Source: Phormidesmis sp. (lineage in GTDB: Bacteria; Cyanobacteriota; Cyanobacteriia; Leptolyngbyales; Leptolyngbyaceae). Taken from it: a DNA stretch of 64,000 bases. The position numbers were made by a program, and so were the translations under genes. This document shows positions 20,805 through 31,502 of this stretch, one piece after another; the first letter of the stretch is position 1; each line of letters begins with the position of its first letter. Under the pieces are notes generated by a model. The model made no database searches. It was not told the DNA's origin and worked only from the letters and a program-made list of their open reading frames with translations. The stretch is taken from NCBI GenBank assembly GCA_965248535.1, contig CBDFJR010000002.1, positions 1,248,001 through 1,312,000 on the forward strand, given 5' to 3'.

Positions 20805-22250
20805 ATGGATTTTTTGTCTGATACCGTTACGCTGTCGCGGATGCAGTTTGCGCTGACTGCCATTTTTCACATTATTTTTCCCATTCTCACGACGGGCATG
20901 GGAATTTATCTCGTCATTATCGAGGGGCTATGGCTCAAAACTCGCAATCCTGACTACTACCTCCATGCGCGGTTTTGGGCAAAGTTCTACGTGCTCAACT
21001 TTGGGGTTGGGGTCGCCACTGGCATTCCCTTAGAATTTCAGTTTGGAACCAATTGGGCACCCTTCTCAGATGCTGTCGGCAACTTTTTTGGCAGCGTTTT
21101 AGGGTTTGAGGCCTCTTGGGCGTTTATGCTCGAAGCCGCATTTTTAGGAATCATGCTGTTTGGCTGGGAGCGCGTCAACCCTGCCATTCACTATATGGCT
21201 ACGATTTTGGTGGCGATCGGGGCAAACCTCTCGGTCGTCTTCATTTTGACGGCTAACTCTTGGATGGTGACTCCGGCGGGCGGCGATCTGGTAGACGGCA
21301 AATTTATGGTGACTGACTACTTTCAGGCCCTGTTCAATCCATCGGCGGCAACGAGCATTTTGCATATGTTTTTCGCCACCTTTGAGACTTCGCTGTTTGT
21401 GATCGGCGGCATTAGCGCCTGGTATATTTTGCACGATCGCCATGCCGCTTTTTTTGCCAAAACCCTCAAGCTCGTCTTGGCCATCACGCTCATTGTGGCT
21501 CCGCTGCAAATCTACGTTGGGCACGTCAGCGCCGAACTGGTCTATCGCTATCAGCCCGCCAAACTCGCCGCCATGGAAGCCCAGTGGGAAACTTCGCCCG
21601 CCGGAAAACCTGCCGACTGGACTCTGCTTGCCCTGCCCAACAAACTCACTGAGAAAAATGATTGGGAAATCAGTGTCCCTGGGGCGTTGGGCTACATTTT
21701 GGAATTTAAGAAAAATCTGTCTGAACCTGTTCTGGGCTTAAAAGAATGGCCGCCAGAAAACCGTCCCCAAGCGCTAGGGCTGATCTACTACTGCTTTCGG
21801 ATCATGATTGGGATCGGGTTCTTTTTAGCCGCCATGACGCTAGTCACCGCCGTGCAGTGGTTACGCGGCAAGCTCTCGGATGACACGATCGCCCAACAGC
21901 GATGGCTGATGCGCGCCTGGATATTTTCCGCTCCGCTTGGCTATCTTGCAGTCGAGACCGGGTGGATTGTTCGCTGCACGGGTCGTCAGCCGTGGACGCT
22001 CTACAACAAAATTCGCACCGTAGATTCTGCATCGCTGCTGCCCGCCAGCAATGTGCTCACGTCGCTGATTTGTTTTGCTGCCGTCTATGGGCTGCTGTTA
22101 GTGTCTTATCTCTACTTTGGCAGTCGCATTGTTCTCAAGGGGCCCAATTTAGACTTGCCGATTCCGGGAGTGGAGGTCAACCAGCCCGCGATCGCCACCA
22201 CTCCCGGCGAGTTTGTGCCCGATGAGCGCCCCGTAGAAGCCCAACAGTAG
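20805..22250 (+). CDS. cydA: Cytochrome bd ubiquinol oxidase subunit I
   Basis: RMQFALTAIFH, EFQFGTNW, QPAKLAAME, GRQPW. Confidence 0.96.
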   Translation: MDFLSDTVTLSRMQFALTAIFHIIFPILTTGMGIYLVIIEGLWLKTRNPDYYLHARFWAKFYVLNFGVGVATGIPLEFQFGTNWAPFSDAVGNFFGSVLGFEASWAFMLEAAFLGIMLFGWERVNPAIHYMATILVAIGANLSVVFILTANSWMVTPAGGDLVDGKFMVTDYFQALFNPSAATSILHMFFATFETSLFVIGGISAWYILHDRHAAFFAKTLKLVLAITLIVAPLQIYVGHVSAELVYRYQPAKLAAMEAQWETSPAGKPADWTLLALPNKLTEKNDWEISVPGALGYILEFKKNLSEPVLGLKEWPPENRPQALGLIYYCFRIMIGIGFFLAAMTLVTAVQWLRGKLSDDTIAQQRWLMRAWIFSAPLGYLAVETGWIVRCTGRQPWTLYNKIRTVDSASLLPASNVLTSLICFAAVYGLLLVSYLYFGSRIVLKGPNLDLPIPGVEVNQPAIATTPGEFVPDERPVEAQQ

Positions 22251-22259
22251 GAACCGTGC

Positions 22260-23270
22260 ATGGAAACGCTGAAATATTTTTTGCCCCAAGTCTGGTTTGG
22301 CGTGTTGGGTCTGTTTCTCTTTCTCTACGTCATGCTCGACGGCTTTGATCTAGGAGTCGGCATCTTGTCATTAACCTCCGATGACGAAGAACGACGCGGG
22401 CTGTTGATGACCAGCCTCAGCAATATCTGGGATGCCAATGAAACCTGGCTCGTGCTGATGGGCGGTGGTTTGTTTGGGGCCTTTCCCCGCGCTTATGGAA
22501 CGATTTTGAGCGCCCTCTACATCCCAATTTTTGTAATGGTGTTTGGCTTTGTATTTCGGGGCGTGGCCTTTGAGTTTCGCGAACAGTCCACCCGCAAATT
22601 CTTTTGGAACTTTGCCTTTGGCGCAGGCAGTTTTGCGGCGGCTCTCGGTCAGGGGTTTGCGCTCGGTGCCGTGCTGTTTGGCATTAAAGTCGATGCCAAA
22701 GGCTACTTCATTGGCGGCACTTGGGATTGGCTCACCTGGCAATCGGTGCTGGTGGCGCTGACGCTGATTCAGGCTTATGTGCTGATTGGCTCAACCTATC
22801 TGATCTGGAAAACTGAAGGAGAGTTGCAGACCACTCACTATCAAAGCGCTCGGCTTTCGGCCTGGACAACCCTAGTCGGGGCGATTTTTATCACCGTGAG
22901 CACGCCGATTTTTTATGAAAGTGCGCGAACTAAATTGTTTGAGCCACCCCTGCTGTATGTGTTTGCGGTGATTCCCTTTTTGGGGATTTTCTTGATCTGG
23001 CGACTGTTGAAGAGTCTCGATCGCAAACAAGAACGCGCCCCCTTTATCTGGACGATTCTCTTATTCGTTCTCACATTTATCGGGTTAGCGTTAGTGGTGT
23101 TTCCCTATATCATTCCCACTCAGATTACGATCTATGAGGCATCGGCTGATCCGAGTTCGTTAGTGATCATGATCATTTTTGTGGGCGTTCTGATTCCCAT
23201 TATGTTATTTTACAATCTCTATTCCTACATCGTGTTTCGCGGCAAAGTAGCAGGCGGCTCTTATGATTAG
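22260..23270 (+). CDS. cydB: Cytochrome bd ubiquinol oxidase subunit II
   Basis: LDGFDLGVG, WDANETWLV, RGVAFEFR. Confidence 0.96.
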   Translation: METLKYFLPQVWFGVLGLFLFLYVMLDGFDLGVGILSLTSDDEERRGLLMTSLSNIWDANETWLVLMGGGLFGAFPRAYGTILSALYIPIFVMVFGFVFRGVAFEFREQSTRKFFWNFAFGAGSFAAALGQGFALGAVLFGIKVDAKGYFIGGTWDWLTWQSVLVALTLIQAYVLIGSTYLIWKTEGELQTTHYQSARLSAWTTLVGAIFITVSTPIFYESARTKLFEPPLLYVFAVIPFLGIFLIWRLLKSLDRKQERAPFIWTILLFVLTFIGLALVVFPYIIPTQITIYEASADPSSLVIMIIFVGVLIPIMLFYNLYSYIVFRGKVAGGSYD

Positions 23271-23293
23271 ATCACACTTCTAGGCTGCGCCAG

Positions 23294-23348
23294 AGAGACG
23301 ATCGGGCAAGCAGGGTTAAACAACAGTTTCCTCTGCCCGATCGTCTCT
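23294..23348. terminator. 15-bp perfect inverted repeat between convergent cydB and HD genes
   Basis: agagacgatcgggca ... tgcccgatcgtctct. Confidence 0.6.
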
Positions 23349-23390
23349 TGATCTGCAAAATCAGTCCCCTGATAGGAGATCAGCCTCCCG

Positions 23391-24239
23391 CTATACCGAG
23401 ATCAATTCCTTCTCGACCACCGACACGTTTTCATAAAGCTGAGTCAGCGTGTTGCGCCCCTGTCGGGTCACCTTGAGATAGTGAATGCCCTCTCGGATAT
23501 AAGGGTAGACCACATTGCGATAAAAACTTGGGTAGCTCGATCGCAAGTCTCTCGGATGGTGATAACCCAATGCCTGACTAGTGCCGACTTCTTCTAACTC
23601 ACTAAACAGGTCAGGCAGTTTAGACAAATAACACGGATCACTCAACTGCCCAATCAAATCAGCCGCTCGCACCAAGCCCGGAAAATTTGACGTGTTTTGA
23701 TAAAGCGAGTCATTAGGAAACGGAAACCGCGTCACCTCAACATTGAGCTTGACCGCCTCAACGTCAATCAAGGGATGACCCCCCAAATTTTCTTCGATAA
23801 ATTGCTTACCGCGATCGACGTGATAGGGAGCAAGACTCGCATCAGTGGCGTTGGGCGGCAGGCAAACCGTCTGACTGCCGATGCCCGTTGCATAGCAACA
23901 GCAGCGATCGCCGATGCGATCCTGTTCACACACGCCTCTCACATAGCCAATGTCGTGACACACCAGCGCCAAAATCACCTGCACCCACTCTTGGCAAGAA
24001 ATGTTTCCTTCGAGAAGATATTTTCCGCGCAACATCTCTTGCCCAGTTGTCGTCACCAAAATCGTGTGTTCAAGGTTGTGATAGGGCATATCACCTAGCG
24101 CGATCGTGTTAAGCGCCAAGGTCGCCGTCTGACCGATCAAATCGAGATAACCTGACTGACAGCCGTCATAAATATCGTGACAGACGGCTTGCAAATGCTC
24201 GACACAATACCGGATTGTTGCAGCTTGAGAGTTAACCAT
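23391..24239 (-). CDS. HD-domain metal-dependent phosphohydrolase
   Basis: YHNLEHT, CHDIGY, HVDRG, RAADLIGQL. Confidence 0.85.
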   Translation of the reverse strand: MVNSQAATIRYCVEHLQAVCHDIYDGCQSGYLDLIGQTATLALNTIALGDMPYHNLEHTILVTTTGQEMLRGKYLLEGNISCQEWVQVILALVCHDIGYVRGVCEQDRIGDRCCCYATGIGSQTVCLPPNATDASLAPYHVDRGKQFIEENLGGHPLIDVEAVKLNVEVTRFPFPNDSLYQNTSNFPGLVRAADLIGQLSDPCYLSKLPDLFSELEEVGTSQALGYHHPRDLRSSYPSFYRNVVYPYIREGIHYLKVTRQGRNTLTQLYENVSVVEKELISV

Positions 24240-24612
24240 GATTGACTCATCCAATAACTTGCTTGCACGGAGGGGCTTTAATCAACAGAAACCACGAGAG
24301 AGCGTTTGATTCAACGGTTTTCGATTGATCATCACGATCGAGCACCGGGCAGAGACCTTGCACTTAAGTCACAATCAGGGCAGATTGCAGCTTAGAGAAA
24401 CCTGAGAGGCAAGTCCGTTTTAAAGGAGATAGTTCCCTTCAACGGGTTGTAGATTCATTGAGGAACCCCGAACATTACTTAACTCACCAGTAACAAAAGT
24501 AACTTACACCTTAACTTAGGGTTAAAACATGCAGAACTTGTGGAGTGATGCAAATTATACGTACCATTTCATGCAAAAATTGCATCCGTCTCAAGACATA
24601 AATTATTATTCG

Positions 24613-26220
24613 TCAAGTTAAAAGAACGCGATCGCCGCTTTCTGTCTTTGCCTGCTCAAGATCACGGGCTGCCGATCGATAGAGCGTTTGCAGGTCAGAC
24701 CCCTCTTGAGGATATTCAGCTACACCTGCCCTAAAAGATACTTTAAACGAGCCAGTGCCCGTCTCAGCCAACTCTTGCTCGTGAAAAACTTTTAACACAT
24801 GGCTTAGTCGTTTAATCGCGACGCATCGGGAAGTGTTTCCCATCCCGATCGCAAAAGTTGCCTCGCCCCAATAGCCAATCACATCGTCTGCTCTAAAGTG
24901 GGCGCGAAGCAGTGCGCCACAGTGCTCAATAACTTGACGCTTGATCTGAGGAGACTGACGCTCAAGCGTTTGCTGACGGCCCTCTAAATTTAGGATCGCT
25001 AAAGAGAACGATCGCGTCTCTTGTTGAGCACGTTCTAAAGCCCTGCCCAGATCTTGAAGCGATTGAGCACGATCAACCACCCCTGATGCCCGATCGTCTG
25101 CATCTAAACCAGTCTGGTCTGGAGAAAACCCAGAGTCTTGAGCACGATCGCCCTCAACATCATCGGCTAACAGAGCCGGAGGCTGCTGAGCATCCATTAA
25201 GCACAGTTCTTGTCTGAGTGCCTGCACCAGTTGGCAAAATAGTTGAATCTGGTTAGAAGGCACCCCCGACTCAAGCAGACCTTCAATCTGTTGCGCCAAT
25301 CGAGAGCCTTCACCCGAACCAAACATCCCCAACGATCCAGAGAGCTTGTGAGCATTTTGCTCGGCCAGCAATCGCAGCGCTTGGCTCAGTTGGTCGGTTT
25401 GCAGCGCCTGGCTAGCTTGCTCGATCACGGCTGCATTTTGGCTAAGTTGAGCACGAATGTCTCGCCAAACCTCATCGGCCCCAGCTTCAACAAGAGTCAC
25501 AAACGGCTGAGAACCCGTTGATAACGTCGGGGGTGGCATCAGGTCTTTAGCTTTGCGGAGACGATAACCAATGCCATAGACGGTCTCGATCGGGTCATCT
25601 TTGACACCCGCGAGTTTGATCTTGTGGCGCAGACCCTTGACATGAGAGCGAATCGTTTCTTCGGCTGGCGGCGTTTCTAGCGACCAGAGATGATCGATTA
25701 GAGCACTCAAACTGTAGATGCGTTGAGGGTTGCGAAGCAGCAGTTCGAGAAGGCTATATTCTTTAGGCGTTAAGCGCAGCGGTTGAGACTCACAGGTGAC
25801 TTCACAAGTGCTGGGGTTGAGATGCAGGGTGCCCCAGGTTAACAGTGGCGGCAGCGCCGATGCTCCACGGCGCAGCAGCGCCCGAATGCGGGCTAGTAGC
25901 TCTTGCAAATCAAAGGGTTTAGCCACATAGTCATCGGCTCCCGCGTCTAACCCTTTAACCCGGTGATTGCTGGTGTCTTGAGCGGTCAGCAGCAAAATCA
26001 GCGTCTGGTTGCCCTGGGATCGTAAGCGATGACACAGACTAATGCCGTCTAATTTGGGCAGCAGAATGTCAAGCAAAATCAGGTCATAGCTAAAGGATTC
26101 TGCCAGTTCCCAACCCCTCAGACCATCGCTGGCGCGATCGACGACATAGTGCTGATTGCTTAGAGCTTTAGCAAGGGGGGTTGCAATAAGCTGATCGTCT
26201 TCGATTAAGAGAATCCGCAT
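24613..26220 (-). CDS. Response regulator: REC - winged helix - Hpt - degenerate GGDEF
   Basis: RILLIEDD/LILLD/KPF; LTPKEY..IETVYGIGY; AHKLSGSLGMFG; GYWGEATF in place of GGDEF. Confidence 0.85.
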   Translation of the reverse strand: MRILLIEDDQLIATPLAKALSNQHYVVDRASDGLRGWELAESFSYDLILLDILLPKLDGISLCHRLRSQGNQTLILLLTAQDTSNHRVKGLDAGADDYVAKPFDLQELLARIRALLRRGASALPPLLTWGTLHLNPSTCEVTCESQPLRLTPKEYSLLELLLRNPQRIYSLSALIDHLWSLETPPAEETIRSHVKGLRHKIKLAGVKDDPIETVYGIGYRLRKAKDLMPPPTLSTGSQPFVTLVEAGADEVWRDIRAQLSQNAAVIEQASQALQTDQLSQALRLLAEQNAHKLSGSLGMFGSGEGSRLAQQIEGLLESGVPSNQIQLFCQLVQALRQELCLMDAQQPPALLADDVEGDRAQDSGFSPDQTGLDADDRASGVVDRAQSLQDLGRALERAQQETRSFSLAILNLEGRQQTLERQSPQIKRQVIEHCGALLRAHFRADDVIGYWGEATFAIGMGNTSRCVAIKRLSHVLKVFHEQELAETGTGSFKVSFRAGVAEYPQEGSDLQTLYRSAARDLEQAKTESGDRVLLT

Positions 26221-26350
26221 GACGTGAATGACTCTTTAAGAAGGTGGGTTTACAGCCGGAGACCCCTGAGATGGATGTGTCTAAAAAGCAACTTACAGGA
26301 ACGCTAGTCACCAGTGTAAGGGAAATTACGGATTAATTAAAAAATCAGCG

Positions 26351-27697
26351 TCAGATCAGCAGCCTGGCTAGACTTGGCAGGGCCTCGCCATAGGTGGGGT
26401 GAATGTGAACAGATTGTTCTAGCAATTGCCACGTTGCGCCCGCTTCCATCAGATCGAGAAACACATGGACAATTTCAGCCGCTTCATAGCCAACGAGGGT
26501 GGCTCCTAAGATTTTGTCAGTGTTGTTGTCAATCACCAGTTGATAAAAGCCTAGCTCGTGCCCCCACTCGATCGCCCGTGCGATCTGAGACATGGGCAGC
26601 TTCACCGATCGGGCGTTGAGTCCCTTTTGTTGGGCCTGCTCAAGGGTCATGCCCACGCGCCCCACTTGAGGCTCAGTGTAGACGGCATAGCCCAAGGTGC
26701 GATCGCTGCGGGTGCGATCGCACCCTGACAAAATCGCCTTTAAGCGGCGATAGTCTTCCCAGGAGACATGGGTAAACGCAGGTTGGTTGGCCGCATCGCC
26801 GATCGCATAAACCCCTTCACAGGTCGAATGGAAGCGATCGTCGATTTTGATGTAGCCGCGATCGTCTAGCTCAACCGATGAGGCGGCAGCATTGAGGGCT
26901 TGAGTGTTGGGTTTGCGCCCGACCACGACTAATAAAGCCTCTCCTTCAAGCTGTTCACCATTGCTTAACGTCAGCGTGAACCGATCGTTTGCATACCTTA
27001 CCTGCTCAACCGTCACGTTGAAATGCAGATGAACGCCATCTTGCTCTAATGCTGTGGTCAAAACCTCGCTCACGTCCGCCTCTTCACGATCGAGCAGACG
27101 ATCGCCCCGCACAATCAGATGAGTCTGGCTGCCCAACCGCGCTAATCCTTGCCCTAGTTCTAAACCGATATATCCACCGCCAATCACCAACAGACGCGGC
27201 GGCAAGGTTTGCAGGTCAAAAAAATTGCGATTTGTCAGATAAGGCGTGTTAGCCAACCCCGGAATATCGGGAATCAGGGCAGACGTGCCCGTGTTGATCA
27301 CCACGATCGGGGCTTGCACTACACGATCGCCGCCCTTGACCGTTCGTTGAGCAATAAATGAGGCTTCGGACTCAACGATCGTCACCCCAGCCGACTCTAA
27401 CCGAGTTTTAACGCCCTGATGAAAGCTATCTCGAACGCTGCGAACTCGCTGCATCACCGCTAAAAAATCAACCGTAACTTGAGCATGAATGCCGAGCTTT
27501 TTTGCCTGTCTCGCTCGGCCCGCCGCATGAGCCGCCGCCAAAAATGCCTTAGAGGGCGTGCAGCCATAGTTAATGCAGCTTCCGCCTAAAGCATCGCGCT
27601 CAAACATCACGACCTTGCGCCCGTCGGCGGCATAATCGCTGGCGAGGGGAATGCCGCCCTGACCACTGCCGATCACAATCAAATCTGCGGTTTCCAT
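26351..27697 (-). CDS. Pyridine nucleotide-disulfide oxidoreductase (MerA/LpdA-like class I)
   Basis: GSGQGG, GGSCINYGCTPSK, GGGYIGLE, YAIGD, HPT. Confidence 0.88.
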   Translation of the reverse strand: METADLIVIGSGQGGIPLASDYAADGRKVVMFERDALGGSCINYGCTPSKAFLAAAHAAGRARQAKKLGIHAQVTVDFLAVMQRVRSVRDSFHQGVKTRLESAGVTIVESEASFIAQRTVKGGDRVVQAPIVVINTGTSALIPDIPGLANTPYLTNRNFFDLQTLPPRLLVIGGGYIGLELGQGLARLGSQTHLIVRGDRLLDREEADVSEVLTTALEQDGVHLHFNVTVEQVRYANDRFTLTLSNGEQLEGEALLVVVGRKPNTQALNAAASSVELDDRGYIKIDDRFHSTCEGVYAIGDAANQPAFTHVSWEDYRRLKAILSGCDRTRSDRTLGYAVYTEPQVGRVGMTLEQAQQKGLNARSVKLPMSQIARAIEWGHELGFYQLVIDNNTDKILGATLVGYEAAEIVHVFLDLMEAGATWQLLEQSVHIHPTYGEALPSLARLLI

Positions 27698-27753
27698 GGG
27701 GCGCGTGACCTCTCTAAAGTGGGTTAAAAGATGGCTGAAATTGTCTCGATCGC

Positions 27754-28170
27754 CTATGCCGCGATCGCTCCTAATTCTTGCAGCACTGGCATCCAGCCCA
27801 CTGCATTACGAGTTTCTAAAATCTGCCCATCCGCAACGCGATAAATGCTGATGCCCTCTAGCTTGAGCGACTTGCCCGTTGCCGGAACGCCCATAAAATC
27901 TCCTGTGTGGGTCAACGCTCCTGTCCAGCGCACGATCACCTGATCGCCACTGGCAATGAGATCGTCGATCGTAAAGTGAGTGTCGCTAAACACCGACCCA
28001 ATGCCGCGAAAGTCTTGCTTGGCACCTTCGCGGCCTTTTCCGGGTGGATTATGACCATAATCGACATACTCAGGAGACACGATTTCGTCGATCACTTCTT
28101 CTCGTCGCTGGTTGAACACCTGTTCATAAAATCGGCGCACAACAGCTTTATTTTCTGCTTCGGTGGACAT
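27754..28170 (-). CDS. SnoaL-like ester cyclase
   Basis: NKAVVRRFY, THTGDFMGVPATGK. Confidence 0.88.
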   Translation of the reverse strand: MSTEAENKAVVRRFYEQVFNQRREEVIDEIVSPEYVDYGHNPPGKGREGAKQDFRGIGSVFSDTHFTIDDLIASGDQVIVRWTGALTHTGDFMGVPATGKSLKLEGISIYRVADGQILETRNAVGWMPVLQELGAIAA

Positions 28171-28235
28171 AATTAATCTCTTGAATTACTTGCCAGATTG
28201 CATCCTAGGGAGATTGACTGCCCTAGTCATCCTTC

Positions 28236-30029
28236 TTAAGAAATAATTGGGACAGCATCCGATCTCGTCCCCAATTGCAGTGCATAGAGATTGGCGTAGG
28301 TTCCCTGTTGGGCAATCAGTTCTGCATGGGTGCCCTGCTCTATGATTTCGCCTTGCTGAATCACCAACACCTGATCGGCTTGGGTCACGGTGCTAAGACG
28401 GTGAGCAATCACAAAACTGGTGCGCCCTTGCAGGAGTCGAGCGATCGCCGATTGGACTAATGCTTCTGTGCGGGTGTCAATGCTGCTAGTCGCCTCGTCA
28501 AGAATCAGAATTCGAGGATTGATCAACACCGCCCGCGCAATGCTAATCAACTGTCGCTGACCCTGACTGAGAGCCGCCCCGCGCTCACCCAACAGCGTTG
28601 CATAGCCCTGAGGAAGCGTAATGATAAACTCGTGCACGTTGGCCACTTGTGCTGCCGCTTCAATGTCAGCTTGGGTCGCTTGCGGGTTGCCAAACGCAAT
28701 GTTTTCGGCAACGCTGCCGCTAAACAACACAGTGTCTTGCAGCACGATGCCAATCTGACGGCGCAAACTGGCTTGAGTCACTTGACGAATGTCTAGCCCA
28801 TCGATTTTGACGGCCCCTCCGGTCACATCATAAAAGCGCAAAATCAGGTTAATGATCGTGCTTTTTCCGGCTCCGGTTGGCCCGACGAGGGCGATCATCT
28901 GTCCGGGTTTGGCATGGAGAGACACGCCATTAAGAACTCGCTGATTAGCCGTGTAGCCGAAGGTGACATTCTCAAAGGTCACGTCTCCGCGCATGGGCGG
29001 CATCTCGATCGCGGCGATCGCATCTTCAAGCTGAGACGGCTCATCGAGTAATAGAAAAATCCGTTCTAACCCCGCAAACGCTGACTGAGCTTGAGTGTAG
29101 AACTGACTGAGAATCTGAATCGGTCGAAAAAATTGCTGCACATAGAGCAAAAATGCCGTAACAACTCCGACAGTGGCGGCTCCGGTGACGGCAAGATAGC
29201 CACCATAGGCTAACACTCCCGCAGTTGCTAGAGTGTTTAGAAAATCGATCGACGGCAGAAACGCTGCGGTGATTGCTACGGCTTGAATATTTGCATCCCG
29301 ATTGGCAGCATTGAGATATTCAAATTCTTCAATGTTAAGAGAAACGCGATTGAAGGCCTGAGCTTCTCGAACGCTACTAATATCTTCTTCTAGCTTAGTA
29401 GACAGATCTCCGATCGTCTGTCGCGTGACTCGAAATCGATTTCTGGCCCACTTTGCAAACATCCCGGTTGTGAAAATCATTAATGGCACAACTAAGTTAC
29501 TTAATAGCCCCAGTTGCAGATTAATAAACAACATGGCAATCACAATGCCAACCAAACTAAACAAGTTGCCTAACATCTGAGCGATCGTTTGCCCAAACGC
29601 TTGATTAACCGTGCTGACATCGTTGAGCAAACGGCTCATCAAATCTCCGGCTTCGCTTTGGTCAAAGAAGCTCAACGGCAAACTTTGAATTTTGACAAAA
29701 ATATCTTGCCGCAGTTGAGCCAACAGCCGCTGCATAATCCAGCCGACGCGCATGATCTGCCCGCGAATTGCCTGCACGCCCAGCACATAGATCAACGCCA
29801 AAATGCCCAGCATTAGCAGCAGCCCGCTTAGGTTGCCTTGAACGATTAAATGATCGATCGACCAGCCGATTAAAAAAGGCCCGATCGCTTGGGTCGCGGC
29901 CCCGATCGAGACCAACCCTAGCGCGATCGGAATCTCTTGGCGATAGGGTTGCAAATAGTCCAAAAAGCGTTGCAGCGTTGAGCGTTGCCGATGGGCTTTT
30001 GCATCAGGTGCGGCAATAGAACCTCGCAT
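28236..30029 (-). CDS. ABC transporter ATP-binding/permease (exporter half-transporter)
   Basis: TM domain plus GPTGAGKST, LSQGQRQ, LILDEAT, IAHRL. Confidence 0.93.
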   Translation of the reverse strand: MRGSIAAPDAKAHRQRSTLQRFLDYLQPYRQEIPIALGLVSIGAATQAIGPFLIGWSIDHLIVQGNLSGLLLMLGILALIYVLGVQAIRGQIMRVGWIMQRLLAQLRQDIFVKIQSLPLSFFDQSEAGDLMSRLLNDVSTVNQAFGQTIAQMLGNLFSLVGIVIAMLFINLQLGLLSNLVVPLMIFTTGMFAKWARNRFRVTRQTIGDLSTKLEEDISSVREAQAFNRVSLNIEEFEYLNAANRDANIQAVAITAAFLPSIDFLNTLATAGVLAYGGYLAVTGAATVGVVTAFLLYVQQFFRPIQILSQFYTQAQSAFAGLERIFLLLDEPSQLEDAIAAIEMPPMRGDVTFENVTFGYTANQRVLNGVSLHAKPGQMIALVGPTGAGKSTIINLILRFYDVTGGAVKIDGLDIRQVTQASLRRQIGIVLQDTVLFSGSVAENIAFGNPQATQADIEAAAQVANVHEFIITLPQGYATLLGERGAALSQGQRQLISIARAVLINPRILILDEATSSIDTRTEALVQSAIARLLQGRTSFVIAHRLSTVTQADQVLVIQQGEIIEQGTHAELIAQQGTYANLYALQLGTRSDAVPIIS

Positions 30030-30156
30030 GGAATTTCCTCGATCGGGCGTTTCTTTAAGGATAATTCTGATTGGGCAGGAAAAAGCAGTTTCTCAGAGAC
30101 GCGATCGCAGGCTCTAAGCTGGTTAAAATCTGGAGGTCGTTGCTCAACCAAAGCCC

Positions 30157-30843
30157 ATGCGCCGCTCTCAAATTTGCGCCTTCTGGATTGTCACCCTACT
30201 AGCGAGCAGTTTTCTCAGCCCAAAATCTCTGCTGGCGCTCACCTCGGTGCAATATCGAGAACGCGGTCTGCAATATCGAGATCAAGGGCGATTTGGGGAA
30301 GCGATCGCGTCCTTTCAAAAGGCGGTTGAGCTTGAGCCAGCTAATATCAAAGGCCGCGTGAGCTTGGGCTGGACGCTGCATTTGGCAAAGCAAGACCCAT
30401 TAGCCGCAAAAACTCTAGAACAAGCAACGTCACTCAACCCCTTTGAGGTCGAGACGTTTAACGCTTTGGGCATTGTCTATCTGGTCAGCGATCGCTTGAC
30501 CGATGCGGTGGTGGTGCACACTTGGGCAACGCTGCTGGCACCAGAAAATGAGATTGCTCACTACAACCTGAGTCTGGCTTTTTGGCGATTGTCCACCTAC
30601 GATTCGGCGATCGGGGCGGCCAAGTGGGCGGCAAAACTAGAGCCGAACAATCCGCACCCGTGGGTGGCTCTGGCGATCGCCCATTGGAGCAACAAAGAAC
30701 CAGCGTTAGCTAAACAGGCTTATCAACAAGCGATCGCGCAGGATGGCAGATATCACGATCGGGCTTTTTTAGATAATTTAGACGAAGCGGGATTTAGTTT
30801 GAGTCAGATTAAAGTTTCTCAGCAAGTTCTTGAAGCATTGTAG
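30157..30843 (+). CDS. Secreted TPR-repeat protein
   Basis: Signal peptide; EAIASFQKAVELEP, NALGIVY, AHYNL TPR units. Confidence 0.85.
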   Translation: MRRSQICAFWIVTLLASSFLSPKSLLALTSVQYRERGLQYRDQGRFGEAIASFQKAVELEPANIKGRVSLGWTLHLAKQDPLAAKTLEQATSLNPFEVETFNALGIVYLVSDRLTDAVVVHTWATLLAPENEIAHYNLSLAFWRLSTYDSAIGAAKWAAKLEPNNPHPWVALAIAHWSNKEPALAKQAYQQAIAQDGRYHDRAFLDNLDEAGFSLSQIKVSQQVLEAL

Positions 30844-30844
30844 T
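30756..30844 (+). repeat. 89-bp direct repeat, copy 1 (3' end of TPR gene)
   Basis: Matches 31503-31591 with 9 mismatches; both copies begin at CGATCG. Confidence 0.92.
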
Positions 30845-30879
30845 TTAACTAGCCAGATTGGGGCATCTCAAGCGACTTG

Positions 30880-31188
30880 TTAAACTGCTGCTACCCGACT
30901 ACTCAACCATTGCTGAAACGATTTCTGACTTTCTCCTGATGGTTGCCCCAGGATTAGATTCTTGATGCTAATGTCTTCATCAAGCTGATTCCAATGGATT
31001 CCGCTACCGCCACCAATGAAGCGATAGTCACTGCGTTCTTCACTTGAGCCATGCAAAAGGCGAGGATACCAGGCTAATGGGGCAGATATAGTGCGCCCAT
31101 CAGATAAATCCGCAGCAAGCGTGTCATCTGTGATCGTCACTTGCTGAACGAGGGGCATTCCGGGCAGTTCAATCGTTAAAGAAGTCAT
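30880..31188 (-). CDS. DUF2442 domain protein (putative TA component)
   Basis: LSDGRTISAPLAWYPRL, GIHWNQLDEDIS. Confidence 0.88.
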   Translation of the reverse strand: MTSLTIELPGMPLVQQVTITDDTLAADLSDGRTISAPLAWYPRLLHGSSEERSDYRFIGGGSGIHWNQLDEDISIKNLILGQPSGESQKSFQQWLSSRVAAV

Positions 31189-31405
31189 TCCAACCTGCTA
31201 GCAATTGCTCTTGATGTTCTTCAACCAGTTTCTGAATGCGGTTAATTTCTGGGCGGCTAAATCCTCGATTGCTTTGGATGCGGATTGGATCGAGCCAAAA
31301 CTTGGCTTCATTGTTGTCTCGATCGATATGTGCATGAGGTGGCTCATCTCGATCGCCTGCGTAGCAGAAGAATCGATACGGCCCAACAGTTAACAGAGTA
31401 GGCAT
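31169..31405 (-). CDS. DUF4160 domain protein (putative TA component)
   Basis: GPYRFF..D..EPPHAH...EAKFWL; overlaps DUF2442 start. Confidence 0.88.
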   Translation of the reverse strand: MPTLLTVGPYRFFCYAGDRDEPPHAHIDRDNNEAKFWLDPIRIQSNRGFSRPEINRIQKLVEEHQEQLLAGWNDFFND

Positions 31406-31502
31406 TCAGATCAAACGAATCTTTGTATTAACTACACTTTCTGTTTTCCTCATTTTAATCTAATGCAAGCTGTCGTTGTGGCTCATTTTTAGGTAGCACT
31501 GG

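Noticed and set aside
26351..27697. Mercuric reductase merA
   Set aside because: No C-terminal Cys-Cys pair, no NmerA domain, no mer operon neighbours
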